Part shown: one piece after another, positions 35,203 to 49,100 of the stretch
How the letters are laid out: each line of letters opens with the position of its first letter
Numbering within the stretch: position 1 is the first letter of the stretch
From: Phoronis australis
Taxonomy: Eukaryota > Animalia > Phoronida
Reading direction: 5' to 3'
DNA: 64,000 bases
NCBI GenBank assembly: GCA_002633005.1
Contig: NMRA01000345.1
Span: forward strand, 271,131-335,130
Position numbers and translations under genes: made by a program
Notes under the pieces: generated by a model
The model's input: only the letters and a program-made list of their open reading frames with translations
Told to the model about the DNA's origin: nothing
The model's database searches: none

Positions 35203-37131
35203 TTAAAGAATAGTGATCACATAATCTTTTCAGGTTACCTTACCTTACAATTTAACATTATAGGTTGTAAATTTTGTTCTGTAAAACTGCATCATAATCC
35301 AATCTACTTTCAAACATGTTCAGGTACTGTTTAGTTAAAATATTTATTGGCAGTTCAGTAACTAATGGGTTTTATGAACTCTTTGTAGTCTAAACTCTCC
35401 CTCCCTTTCTCTGTTTTTCAGAAATGCTTTTCTAAAGAGATGTACTATTTTTAGAAGTCTCATCCTTTACTATTACAGTGAAATGCTCCTATAGTAACTG
35501 TTCTGTGTTTTTGGTGTGTTATATGATCAATAGGTGGCACATTAGGTTGGGCGATACACATTGGCTTAGTAATGAATAAAGTGCTCTACAGAATGATTCT
35601 CGAGGAATTTGATGACAATGAGACATGAAGAAATTATTGTATCCTTGTACATTTGACAATAAATAATAAAGCAGTAATGACTGAATATCAAATAGCTCAA
35701 AAATGGTAAGTCTTTGCAAGAAACACATTACGCCTACTCTGTGCAGCTGACTTGACATCCATACACATAACAAGTTTCAAAAAGATTGGTCAAAGGTTGC
35801 GAGGGTTATGGCTCTGTGATGAGAAGAATTGAAAAATATCCGCTACAACATCACTATTCGATGGATTTCAACCCAAAACAAGACCATGAACTATTGATTA
35901 GCGACATTTTTTACATTCATTTCATTTCAATCTGACTTAAGTTGCGGCCTATAATAGAAAGGGCAAAGGACATTAAGAAAGCGAGGCATCTTCAGTCAAC
36001 AAAAGAGCAGTTGCCAGAAAATCTCAAATAACTTGAGCAAGTATGAGAAACTAATGACAAACTTCCAATCGCTTTAAGAGATTTATCGAATGCTAAATTT
36101 CAGAAACATTGCTTAAAGGGTCTCGGAGAGGAAGATCTTCAGAGTGACAGTTCTAAAATGGCCCCCACAACGCCATCTTGCTTCGGATTTCTACAAAAAC
36201 TGACACATTACCAGCAATTCGTAAACTAGGTCATCCGCCAGGTTCTCTGCGTAAACTAGGTCATCGCTTATGGACCAATTAGCGCTTCACTCTCCGCGCG
36301 TGTCGACTGAAGAGAAGCACCAGGAAGGTTGTTCCAAAATTACCAAAGTTCAAATATATTCCGTTAAAAAGGAAAGACGAAACATATTATTACAGATGTC
36401 TGGCCAATATCATGAGTCACCACTCGAAAGCAAATCAAAGCTGTCCTTACTCGTTCCCTTATCTCGCACTACCTACCTCAATCGACTAGTTTTCAGTTCG
36501 CCAATGCAACAATACAATTCTCATAAATTCAACTTGTGTAATGACCCCTTTCAATTTTAAACCATGCCCGAAGTACTCGGAAACAAATTATTGTTAGGTA
36601 CGAGTTTTTTTCCCTGAAGTGGATCGTAAACACCTCAGGTGAGTTTTCCGCACATACATAGCTACTTTGGTTTAGAGCTGAATTTTAGCTCCCATACTAC
36701 TATGGGCCGGGCCGGACCTGTCAAGGGCCAATCCCTGTTGTACGCACTACTTACGGCATGGGAATCAAACTGCTATATATAAAGAAAACGTTTATTAGTA
36801 TACTGGTGTGAATATTATCGGTGATTTAACCAATAACTTCGAATTAACTAGACCCACTAATGATAGTCTATGATGATAAACTGATATCAAAAGGCCAAAA
36901 TTGGCAATTTTCGGCGACCCCATGTTAAATACAAAATTTTGTCTAATTTTCTTCAAATTCCTACATTTTAATCTTGATTATACTGACATCTGTTGGGTCT
37001 ATCGGCAACTAACTGCACATGAAAGGCTTGGTCGAAAATTATCGTTTTCTCACATGCACTTTCGGGTTTTTAGCGGCGATTCCACTGATCGAAGCGACAA
37101 AATAAGCCAAAACTTTGGCCATACCATGTTA

Positions 37132-38020
37132 NNNNNNNNNNNNNNNNNNNNNNNNNNNNNNNNNNNNNNNNNNNNNNNNNNNNNNNNNNNNNNNNNNNNN
37201 NNNNNNNNNNNNNNNNNNNNNNNNNNNNNNNNNNNNNNNNNNNNNNNNNNNNNNNNNNNNNNNNNNNNNNNNNNNNNNNNNNNNNNNNNNNNNNNNNNNN
37301 NNNNNNNNNNNNNNNNNNNNNNNNNNNNNNNNNNNNNNNNNNNNNNNNNNNNNNNNNNNNNNNNNNNNNNNNNNNNNNNNNNNNNNNNNNNNNNNNNNNN
37401 NNNNNNNNNNNNNNNNNNNNNNNNNNNNNNNNNNNNNNNNNNNNNNNNNNNNNNNNNNNNNNNNNNNNNNNNNNNNNNNNNNNNNNNNNNNNNNNNNNNN
37501 NNNNNNNNNNNNNNNNNNNNNNNNNNNNNNNNNNNNNNNNNNNNNNNNNNNNNNNNNNNNNNNNNNNNNNNNNNNNNNNNNNNNNNNNNNNNNNNNNNNN
37601 NNNNNNNNNNNNNNNNNNNNNNNNNNNNNNNNNNNNNNNNNNNNNNNNNNNNNNNNNNNNNNNNNNNNNNNNNNNNNNNNNNNNNNNNNNNNNNNNNNNN
37701 NNNNNNNNNNNNNNNNNNNNNNNNNNNNNNNNNNNNNNNNNNNNNNNNNNNNNNNNNNNNNNNNNNNNNNNNNNNNNNNNNNNNNNNNNNNNNNNNNNNN
37801 NNNNNNNNNNNNNNNNNNNNNNNNNNNNNNNNNNNNNNNNNNNNNNNNNNNNNNNNNNNNNNNNNNNNNNNNNNNNNNNNNNNNNNNNNNNNNNNNNNNN
37901 NNNNNNNNNNNNNNNNNNNNNNNNNNNNNNNNNNNNNNNNNNNNNNNNNNNNNNNNNNNNNNNNNNNNNNNNNNNNNNNNNNNNNNNNNNNNNNNNNNNN
38001 NNNNNNNNNNNNNNNNNNNN
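37132..38020. other. Assembly gap
   Basis: Run of N. Confidence 1.
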
Positions 38021-40194
38021 TATTTATCATTCAGAAACATCAGCTCTTAATTCAGGATTGTCTGTTGGATGACTGGGTTGACTCGCCGAGCCCGAGGCCG
38101 CTTCTCTCGCGGGAGGATCCAGTTCGTAAGGCTCAAAGTAGAAAAGTACGCAGCCGGAAGCACATTAAACTTGTTCTCGCTTTCGTGCAACCCTATTTCC
38201 TCATCCTGGCGACCATTCCCGTACGTTTCTTCATAGTATTCGTTCAATTCTTGCTCATAATCGTCGTCGCTTTCAAATTCCCTGCTCTCCGCCATTGTTC
38301 AATGCTAGCCACTGATCCCTTGTGTTCAACCCATGACATCACATGGCGGGAAATGTGAAAATTGGCAAAATTGAAAGAAAAATCAAAATTTCGAGCTAAT
38401 TACACAAAATAAACATGGGTTTAGCTAAATTTTACGTCATACATTTAGTCTGTGGCCACCGGTAATTCAAAATGTGCAAAAATCCATGGTGTGTACTGTT
38501 TAAAGAATAGTGATCACATAATCTTTTCAGGTTACCTTACCTTACAATTTAACATTATAGGTTGTAAATTTTGTTCTGTAAAACTGCATCATAATCCAAT
38601 CTACTTTCAAACATGTTCAGGTACTGTTTAGTTAAAATATTTATTGGCAGTTCAGTAACTAATGGGTTTTATGAACTCTTTGTAGTCTAAACTCTCCCTC
38701 CCTTTCTCTGTTTTTCAGAAATGCTTTTCTAAAGAGATGTACTATTTTTAGAAGTCTCATCCTTTACTATTACAGTGAAATGCTCCTATAGTAACTGTTC
38801 TGTGTTTTTGGTGTGTTATATGATCAATAGGTGGCACATTAGGTTGGGCGATACACATTGGCTTAGTAATGAATAAAGTGCTCTACAGAATGATTCTCGA
38901 GGAATTTGATGACAATGAGACATGAAGAAATTATTGTATCCTTGTACATTTGACAATAAATAATAAAGCAGTAATGACTGAATATCAAATAGCTCAAAAA
39001 TGGTAAGTCTTTGCAAGAAACACATTACGCCTACTCTGTGCAGCTGACTTGACATCCATACACATAACAAGTTTCAAAAAGATTGGTCAAAGGTTGCGAG
39101 GGTTATGGCTCTGTGATGAGAAGAATTGAAAAATATCCGCTACAACATCACTATTCGATGGATTTCAACCCAAAACAAGACCATGAACTATTGATTAGCG
39201 ACATTTTTTACATTCATTTCATTTCAATCTGACTTAAGTTGCGGCCTATAATAGAAAGGGCAAAGGACATTAAGAAAGCGAGGCATCTTCAGTGAACAAA
39301 AGAGCAGTTGCCAGAAAATCTCAAATAACTTGAGCAAGTATGAGAAACTAATGACAAACTTCCAATCGCTTTAAGAGATTTATCGAATGCTAAATTTCAG
39401 AAACATTGCTCAAAGAGTTGGAGATGGAGCTCTTCAGAGTGACAATTCTAAAAATGGCCCCCACAACGCCATCTTGCATCGGATTTCTACTAAAACTGAC
39501 AATTGGCCTCGAGCTAATGTTGTGTGAAATATTAAGTTATTTAACAGTTTCACTAGGAGTGTTTTACTTAAAAACGCAAAGGGGCAATTCAAAAAGCTAT
39601 TGCGTTTACCGGTATGTATTTTACGCATTTAATTGGAGTTAAAAATCTAAAGTCGCCTTCCCATTAGAAGCGAAATTTGCTTTTACCAAAGTTTCGATAA
39701 GTGGGAAAGGTTCACTCTGATAGTTAACCTGCAAGCGAAGTTATCGGGTAGAGGTCGCAGCAATGATATGCGACCACGCAAGACTCACAAAACATGTGCT
39801 GTCAATAGACAGAATGTAAATAAATAAAAGAAAGCATATCTGATGAGGAATGACACTGATCATTTTCATAAACACTCTCGTAAATGACAGGAGAACAATT
39901 TTCAGTTAGCCTCGAACCCACTATTCAATATTCGTGTGAGAGTAGGAATGAACTGCGTTGTCTGTTGTCATAGCAATAAACTTTGATATCACTGTTAAGT
40001 GGGAATGGTAAGCAAAGTTTCAGTGAAGCTTCATTAAACTGAAGTTCCCCTAATATAAAAGCGACCTGAAAGCCCTGGTCCCCACTGAACAGCATATGGT
40101 AGTTAAGTATACACATGATTCTCTTGTAGCTCTTGACATGGTCTATTAACATATGTCCATTTAAGGGAAAATTTTCCAAGGACGTTGGAGTTGC
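38021..40194. repeat. Near-identical duplicate of flanking sequence, probably the alternative haplotype
   Basis: 38021-39501 matches 34724-36205 and 39502-40194 matches 40553-41240. Bounded by a gap and the single N at 40195. Confidence 0.9.
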
Positions 40195-43100
40195 NTACTG
40201 ACATCTGTTGGGTCTATCGGCAACTAACTGCACATGAAAGGCTTGGTCGAAAATTATCGTTTTCTCACATGCACTTTCGGGTTTTTAGCGGCGATTCCAC
40301 TGATCGAAGCGACAAAATAAGCCAAAACTTTGGCCATACCATGTTATACATAAAATTTTTTCGAATTTTTCTGAAACTTGGCCACGTTTTTAACAAAATA
40401 CTTATCCATGTTATGTGCTATCGGCAAATGTGATTTGATTCATAAATAAGACCCTCACGCTGTGTTTTCTGCGAATCCCATGTATCCTGAAGGGGGCTAA
40501 CTGAGTGACTTTCGCGCATGCGCAGTTCACGGTTTTAATATTGCTGGTAATGAATTGGTCTCGAGCTAATGTTGTGAGCAATATTAAGTTATTTAACGGT
40601 TTCACTAGGAGTGTTTTACTTAGAAACGCAAAGGGGCAATTCAAAAAGCTATTGCGTTTACACATTTAATTGGAGTTAAAAATCTAAAGTCGCCTTCCCA
40701 TTAGTCTTTAGGAAGCGAAGTTTTGCTTTTACCAAAGTTTTGATAAGTGGGAAAGGTTCACTCTGATAGTTAACCTGCAAGCGAAGTTATCGGGTAGAGG
40801 TCGCAGCAATGATATGCGACCACGCAAGACTCACAAAACATGTGCTGTCAATAGACAGAATGTAAATAAATAAAAGAAAGCATATCTGATGAGGAATGAC
40901 AATGATCATTTTCATAAACACTCTCGTAAATGGCAGGAGAACAATTTTCAGTCAGCCTCGAACCCACTATTCAATATTCGTGTGAGAGTAGGAATGAACT
41001 GCGTTGTCTGTTGTCATAGCAATAAACTTTGATCTCACTGTTAAGTGGGAAAGGTAAGCAAAGTTTCAGTGAAGCTTCATTAAACTGAAGTTCCCCTAAT
41101 ATGAAAGCGACCTAAAAGCCCTGGTCCCCACTGAACAGCATGTGGTAGTTAAATATACACATGATTCTCTTGTAGCTCTTGACATGGTCTATTAACATAT
41201 GTCCATTTAAGGGAAAATTTTCCAAGGACGTTGGAGTTGCAAGTCCTGAGAATCCACGCCGCTATTTTCTGCACAGTTTTATACAAAAATATAGGCTTTG
41301 ATCTGTTGAGGAATTAATAATATATGATGTGTGTACATTTCAAATCAACATGTATGAAATGTGAGCAGTATGGTAGCATGAACGGTCAACAAAAGAGAAG
41401 TTGTGAGAAAATCTCGAGCATATCTCTGACTATGATAGTATGATAATAAATCTCGAGCATATCTCCGACTATGATAGTTTGATAATAAATCGAGAACAGC
41501 TACTTATTACGGCAAATGAATGGCACATTCCTGAAAGTAGTTTGAGAAAGAACACAGAAGCTAGGACTCAGTAAGGAGAAATAAAAAAGCGCTGTCAGAG
41601 CATTAGATTGACAAGATGCATAATGTTAATTTCATCTTCATGCGATGTGAAATACAACTTGTAGAGTTTGGGCAAAAAAAATTATAAATTATGACGGAGA
41701 ACAGGTTTGCCAGGAAAAATTTGTCACGCAATGACGTAATGATGATTCTGGCCTGTGGTGTGTTGTTTCAGGTCATGTCACTTAGGTGTGACTATTAGCA
41801 GTAACAATAATGTTGCAATCTCAGTTAAAGTGAGATAGTCATTCAGCCGTGAAATTCTATCTGTAATAGTGTAAAGAGGACTTGTGTATCCTTGTGCCTC
41901 GTTGATTGGTCTTGAGCAGGTAATAATCACATCAGGGGAATGCCATTTTGTTTTTTTTAGTTTCATCTCATTTTGTTATTACTCGGAAAAAATGTTTTTG
42001 TCAAGTATGTTACTCTGTCATAATTACCGGGTATTTGTTCTTTTATTACTTAGTGAAGAATGTTTGTCAAGGATGTTGCTTTTATTTCTTGCACTCTCGG
42101 ATAATTTTGAGAGAACGCCTACGTGGTCATTGATGCATAAAGTTTTTAACGATGCGCTGTGAACGTTTAACTGTGAACGTTTAACTGTGGTGGCCAACAG
42201 TAGGATAAAAAGCTGTAGTTATCAAGCCAGGTTTGGTCTTGAGTATTATACAGTTGATATTCAGTTTCTAACCCAAGGATAGTGCAGAGCAGTATATCAA
42301 AACTTATGTCAGTGATAAGCAACTAATGGGTGGAGTCAAGCATACTGTGTAAACGTGAAAGTTTTCAAAAACCCCAGCAGTGGATCTATATGATTGACTA
42401 CAGTTAGCTGTTTACATGTAGGCACCGGCCCAGCCTAAAAAGGGCTCGAATTTTTAAGAATGTGGACATTTCACTAGTCGTTGTGATGGAGGCAAAGACA
42501 AAATTACACACACATTAAGGTGACCCTAAGTCAATTTGAAAAAAAGAGAGAGTACTAGTATGACTCGTTGGCAGTCCAAATTGCATAATGATTTGAGGCT
42601 CTGTGGGTCAACTGGCCCTTTTCCTTTCTCAAATGATAAATTGTGGCCTGGATTTTTTTGTGATTATTTTAACAAAAAAGTTCTTTACAATATAAATTGT
42701 CCTTACCCTAATGTCTCACGCTTTCGGTGCAGTGTGGGGGAGTTATGTGTCCATGGCAACCGAAGATCGCCTATATTAATATAGGGGGCCTTTATATTAG
42801 TATAGAGGTCTCACTGATGTGAAATTAAGTTATTATGTATTAATTTGTAATCTTGATATTAATATGCACTCTGTTTATCTAATTTTGTGGTAAGTACATC
42901 CGAAATGAATCACTGATAAAAGTCCAGATTGAAATTAATTTAGTAATAACACAACCCTACTGTGCGAAGCGAACTTATGGGGCGTCTAGGGAGCATCTCA
43001 CGCTGGACACTTGGACACGCTGTTGTCACTGATCTGAGGCCTTTCCAGGTGTGGAAAATAAAGTATGACAACAGACAATCAAATCAGCTGATCTAAATTG

Positions 43101-44980
43101 TAGCTATCTCCTACAAATCTTGGCAGTTTTTTCTGGGGAAAAAGTTTTATGCTCAAATCTTCATGTGGAATTCAAATGTGGGATTTGTTTTCATCCACAG
43201 AAAGAGCAAAAAGTGAAATCAAACGTCACCATTCTTCAGCCAACTCTTATATCAATGTTGTCAGATTAAAGTTCAGTTAACAGAAATCAACCGAAAGCAC
43301 TTGCCAACTCTGGACTGTCCATCACCGCAATAAAATGTTATGAATTTTATTTCAGTTTTCAACAACCATCACCCTTTTTTCTCTATCTCCTGCATGCTAA
43401 AAACTCCCATCATAACCTCTGCCAACACTGATGATGCTACTTTCCATAGATTTTAGACTCTCTAATGGAGATCACTGTGAGTTACTTACCCTTCCTCAAA
43501 ATACGTTTTCGATATTTAAAAGGTCGGTACCTTAATGAAATTGGGCATATGTGTTCTTATTGAGAAAGACACGACTTCAAGCTTTGATTTTTTGGTATGA
43601 GTCCAAATACTTTGGAACCCCTAGTCGGGAAAAATTGTTGATTTTAGAATAGATCCAGCGACTGAAAATGTTTGAAAAAAAGAGAACCACTTACGCATTC
43701 ACCATATGCAATGCACGTACTGATAGCATGGCAACACTGCAGTGTTTCTCGTGTACATGAATGTCTCAGTGACAAGCCTCTCCTGGGCATTAGCTCATCC
43801 CCATTTGTGGTGTTCTTCCAATTGCAAGACCAGGCACCCCTATGTTGTCTTATGTAGTAAATGAGGTGTATCTCGCTTAAAGTTTCTCCCGTCTTGTTCT
43901 TTTCTATGTATTCATTATTTTTGCAGGTGCTTGAGAATTTGGATGGTGATGGAAGACGTTGTACAGTGTTGCAACTGGAGCAATGGTATGAACAAACAGT
44001 GGATAAAGCTAAGTCGATTGTCTTCCTCTTGCAAGAGAAGTCAAGGACTAGGAAAGGGTTGGTTCTGGTTTGTACCTGAACTCATTTTCAAACCGCTCTC
44101 ACGCACCCACCCGCATCAATTTCAGCTGAGGTCTCGTGTGTTGAAAAGCTGCACAAAGGCGCGAAAGCCAGGGTAAGCAAGGTTTGTAACACCATGATTT
44201 GGCATGCGATAAGCAAAAACTCATCATGTTGGCTCGTCTCAAGTGGATTTTCTTTTTGAAAATGGTGGCACATTAGAAATACAGCACCAGAACCAGTCAT
44301 GCTTTTTAGTCCAGCTAAAAGCTGCCAGGGTGCTTAGCACTGGTTATGGATTCTGTTTTGTGACAACCTGTGACTTTCTCATACTTAAACTAACGTAAAA
44401 ATTCTTCAGTTTGGGAAAAAAAACGATAATTGCTAAAATTGCCATATTTCTATTCAGAGACTTGCACATTGTTGCAAATCTCAAATTTTACCACATGTTG
44501 TTTGGTGATATCTCTGCCATACAAAAAAAGTTTAGAAGCAAACTAAATTATCCTGAAAAGTTAGTTTTGTTGAGAAATTTGACAAAATGAAATTTCCCCT
44601 GTCCGCCATATAATGTGTGCCAAACTGAAGAATTTGTTTTGCTTAGATACATGGAGAAACTATTCTGTTCCTGTTTCTCTGTCACACATTACTGAATGTG
44701 AGTGGCTTTGGATTTAAATTAACTTACACCATATGCTCAACATGAAATCCGCTTTTCCATTGTTTTGTATTTTAGTATTTCAATAATGGTACTGATAGTA
44801 GTAATAATAATAAATATTATTGTTGTTGTTATTGTTATTGTTAAGATGATGCTTGTAATAATTGTAGTTATGTAACACTTGGTAATGTCACCATCAACAA
44901 TATTGGTACGGATGACAATATTATCATTTGGATGGAACTCTGACATATACATAGTCTCACTAGTACTGATAGTGCTAACC

Positions 44981-44981
<1 letters not shown>

Positions 44982-45025
<44 letters not shown>

Positions 45026-45038
45026 GTGATAATAATAA
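44982..45038. repeat. (TAA)n microsatellite in a low-complexity tract
   Basis: Seen directly in the sequence. Confidence 0.95.
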
Positions 45039-45899
45039 TGTTGATAAATAACAATGATATCGATAATTATTGTGCATCTTCCAATAAGTGCTGCAATACG
45101 TAACTAATTCATTGACAATAAATTTCACAATGCTGATGTGATCTCGCATCTCAGTTGCCAGGATACAACGTTTTTCCGAAAAATACTATTGTAAAAATCA
45201 AATCTAATGCGGATACTTCATGTTCACGGAATGCTTTGGAAATTGGAGGGTCCACCTTATTGGCGTTTTTGTTTATACCCAAGTGCAATTCACATGACAG
45301 TAATTGCCTGTTGGCTGACTTCAGTGTTGGGTATCAACACAGTACAGCTTCACTCATTACTGTGGAATGTATTTTGACATTTTCAAAATAAGCAGGTTGG
45401 AAATTTGCTACAATTTCCTCCCACAACATGCTGGCACACTGGCCTGTTGCAAACACCATCCCAACTCATTGCTAGTAAAATGTGGACTACTTGATCAGCA
45501 ACTGACCAGCTAATACACAGAATTAATTGTGTTTTGACAATCTGGAGTGGCTTACATAACACATGAGCCAGTCCTTGTGTACTGTCAGCAGCTGCCTGTC
45601 CAACTGTTCTCTTTGGAAATCTGATGAAATATTAAACAAACTAATCCAGCTCACAATCAGTGTTCTTCCTGAAGACATTGCATCTTTCCTTGTCTCTGTT
45701 ATGTAATCCACTAGTTCTTGTATTGCTTGGCCTGTTTTCAATACAGTGCACCCATGTAGTATTTGATGACACCATAGATATGATACAGACCCTTCAATCT
45801 ATTGTGAGGTGAACTGCTGTGGAGTCCCCCATTGTCCCCAGTCAAAACAGCCTCAGTGTTCCCCTCTTGTCATTATCGACCCCTGCTAGGAAATTATGT

Positions 45900-46131
45900 T
45901 AATCGCCCTGTCAGTTGCTGGCATTGGGCGGAGTCTGCTGACTTACCTGGTTGGATAGCGGCTGTGATTGGCGGCTGTCCTGGGGGACAAGAAATCAACC
46001 GCGAAACAAATTGTGTTCCCAACATTTCAGTTCCTTACAGTGTTTGTGATTGGGATTTTAACTACTCTGTGTGTTGTTGGTGTACTGGGCGATTTACACA
46101 AGATATAATTTTTTGATCCAACTCTTGACTC
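45900..46131 (+). promoter_or_regulatory. Putative AHR proximal promoter / 5' UTR
   Basis: GC box GGGCGG at 45926-45931 and two inverted CCAAT boxes about 160-210 nt upstream of the ATG. Confidence 0.4.
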
Positions 46132-46190
46132 ATGTCGCTTGGGATGAACGCAACTTACGCCACAAAGAGGAGAAAAAGATCTGTTAAATG
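46132..46190 (+). CDS. AHR: Aryl hydrocarbon receptor coding exon 1
   Basis: MSLGMNATYATKRRKRSVK matches the AHR TYA-basic N-terminus. The phase-2 donor TG|gttagt is compatible with the exon at 63053. Confidence 0.85.
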
Positions 46191-49100
46191 GTTAGTGACT
46201 CAAGAAAACTTTATAATTTCAATTCATCATTTTGATGCACTTGTTCCTGTTCAGCGAATAACCACTCTGCTTGCTGGCTGTAAAGATACTTTTGTTGTTT
46301 ATTTGTGCGGTTTCTTTTGTTTATCTCCTGATCCCACATCTGAATGACTGTTACAAATTACTGGTCTTGGGTTCCAGATTTGATTAACAGTGATTACTTT
46401 CAAATTGTCAAGTGTCTGTTTACATTATAGATTATGCTGGTGCTCTTTCCCTTTGAGAAATCTGTGGATTACAGGCGTTATCAATTTGATATGATAATTC
46501 GTGATCTGAGCTTGATTGTTGTTTCTTTTTTTTTGTAGTATGGTCTTTGTAGGATTTTATCAGTTCAAAACAAGATTGTCTTTGGTTAGTTATTCTGTCT
46601 CCACATAATTAAAGTTCACATGATCGCTTATGTATTTTATTTGTTCGTTTTTTGCTCACTTGTCTGTTTACGTAATTGTTTTGTATATATTTTAAGCTTT
46701 AATTGAAACCCACATACATCTCCATTAAAGCAGTGTTGTGTTGATTTTTTAGGTTACGATGCCAGGCTTGGCTTCTCTCGTGAATATTGTGATTTATTGC
46801 TGTTCAATTTAGTGTCCGGTGTTGGTTGATATACATATATGATGTCACCGGTTCTCCTAACATTATTATGCTCATATTTATAAGTGGCCGTTTGTAAAAA
46901 GTCAAACAGATGTATGTTGGGTTTCTAACACTGTTATCCATTGACTGATTACTATTTGAACTGGAGTCATTTAATTGCCTGCGAAAACATGTTCACAGTA
47001 CAACCTATTCAAAGCCAATCACCTTCATTAGCATTTCTTCTGGGATTAGTGCTGAGGGATTGCTAGTTTTCTACAGAGATGTGTTCAAGAGCCAGCGAGC
47101 ACAGACAGTTAGGATTATTTCAAGTTCATAATTTCTGTGTCTAAACACTAGAAAATCTGCTTGACATAAATGTCTCAGTCATTTTCATTGTTGTCATTTT
47201 GGTAGTTTTTGTGTCATTTTGTTTTTAATTCGTGGTCAAGTTTCTAAAGTCTTGTGGGTTATGTATAAACTTGTGCACTTGTAAGAAAACATAAAATATC
47301 TGTGTTTGTTAAAAGACCTGAGGTTTGGACCAGTTCTGCTCTACATTTTCTGCCCTTTACCGAATTCCCCAGAACCCAATCTTGTTCTTAAATGTACCCG
47401 GTTAGTGTGTGGTCGCTTAAAGAACATGAGGCGAAATGTTGCTTCAATAGGTTTTAAAATTATTCAGCTCCTGAACTCTTCGAAATTGTCATAACGTATT
47501 AAGTAGAAAACATAACAGACTCAAAAATAGTACTCGAGATATGTAAAGGAATACAATGAAAAATATTTTTGACAAATGAAATTTAATATTCTTAGTCGCC
47601 TTCACTGTAACTTTTGTCATAGAGTGACTACCATTGCAGTGGTTTGGCGCAAGAGAACAGAATCATCGTTAGGATCATAAAGACTAGGGATCCCAATTGA
47701 GTCCTAAGCAGTTCAAATTCTCATTGCCATAGACGTTGATTGTTCATAGTTTTCTACAAAAATAATAAAATTGTGTCATCCTGAAATATTAAATAACTTT
47801 CTGATTAATGACAGTTCATATTTATGCATTTTTATGTAAATATAAAATATTTTTCATAATGAATAAGGTTAGCTCAGAAACCACGAGAAGCATCATGAAC
47901 GTAAAAAAGCAGTTGTTACAAATACTTTTCTCATCTTTTTTCCTGACTTCGTTGACCTAAGTTGTAACTTGTCCTTTGTTCAATAACACACACTGCTCAT
48001 CTTTAAGAAGATCTTTCCTACTACCCCAGAATTAAAGCTTTTTCCCCGTAGTTTTTATTGACCCAGTGCAAGACATATCAGCTAGTCAAAATATCCACAC
48101 CAGACATTACAAGAGAGAGCAAAATTACAAACTGATATAGCCACAGTTCCCCCCCCCCCTCACTGTTCCTTGGCGAAAAGGCAAGCTGCACTTCTTTTTT
48201 CCCATGTCAAAGCAATACTGTGACTATTGCGGCATTGATTTTTGTATCCTATTCGGAAATATGACCGACCTGGAAACATCTCATTGCGTTTGTCTTTTAT
48301 GCGTGACCACCAAAAACATCTTTCCCGTATGCAGTGCGAAGTAATCTCAAAGTAATTGGAGGAGATACCGTTTCCTAGTCATGACAGCTAATTATGTGAT
48401 GGTGGCGAAATTCTCATTGCAGAATGGCTTCCTAACGTAACATTCCTGTCAATTCCCTTTCATTCTCAGTCATAAGGGAAGCCTAGTCTGGTGATGAATT
48501 CAGCCTTTACCCAGCTGTCATGACAGGGAATTCTGGGTCATTTCATATGGATGGTTTTAGCTTGTACTGTTTATAATATCTTTGTCATTTTATTATAACC
48601 ATCAATTACCAACCAACACTGTCCCATTTAGTTGCTTTGCTCTGGTTCTGAATGATTCATGTAACTTGGGTAACAAACACAGACGAGGGAGACGGACATG
48701 AATTTTTAATTGCTTAAATCTATTAATCCTTCTGTCAAGTGAACGATGGCAGTGTCATTGGTGTGTTGACTGGATTTGATTGCAAGATTTTTCTGAGACG
48801 CATCATGTTTGCAGTGTAGGTAGCCAGTGTTTTCATTTGGTTTGAATCGTTTTAAGTTAGATAAGATTTTTTAACAGTTATCATTCGGATAATTTTCTGA
48901 TGGACAGAAAAGATTTTATTGCCTAAATTATGCTATAATTGTTATCGTTTTATATGAGTGTTGTTTCTCATGGGTCAGTGCATTAGACTATAAAAAATAT
49001 GAAGATTGACACTGGTTTTTGTATTTTGTAATGGGTACAATATTATTGACTTATTCCGCGATTGTTTCATATTTCAAAACGTCTTGCTTTTTGTCAAGGT

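Larger units (their letters stand above)
36206..40552. mobile_element. ~1.1-kb TIR element split by the assembly (36206-37131 and 40196-40552)
   Basis: 13-bp TIRs CATTACCAGCAAT and ATTGCTGGTAATG. The halves overlap (36981-37131 = 40196-40346) and the empty site is near 39501. Confidence 0.75.

Noticed and set aside
36901-38358. Long ORFs of 303-485 aa
   Set aside because: They are artefacts of translating through the N gap.
42765-42990. Helitron-like 3' end (GCGAAGC..CTAG) and a nearby palindrome
   Set aside because: The hairpin stem is weak, and neither a 5' end nor a second copy was found in the window.
43640-44300. Possible decayed retroelement ORF
   Set aside because: No diagnostic motif could be read.
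44737-45149. Poly-Ile / poly-Leu ORFs
   Set aside because: They are translations of a (TAA)n microsatellite.
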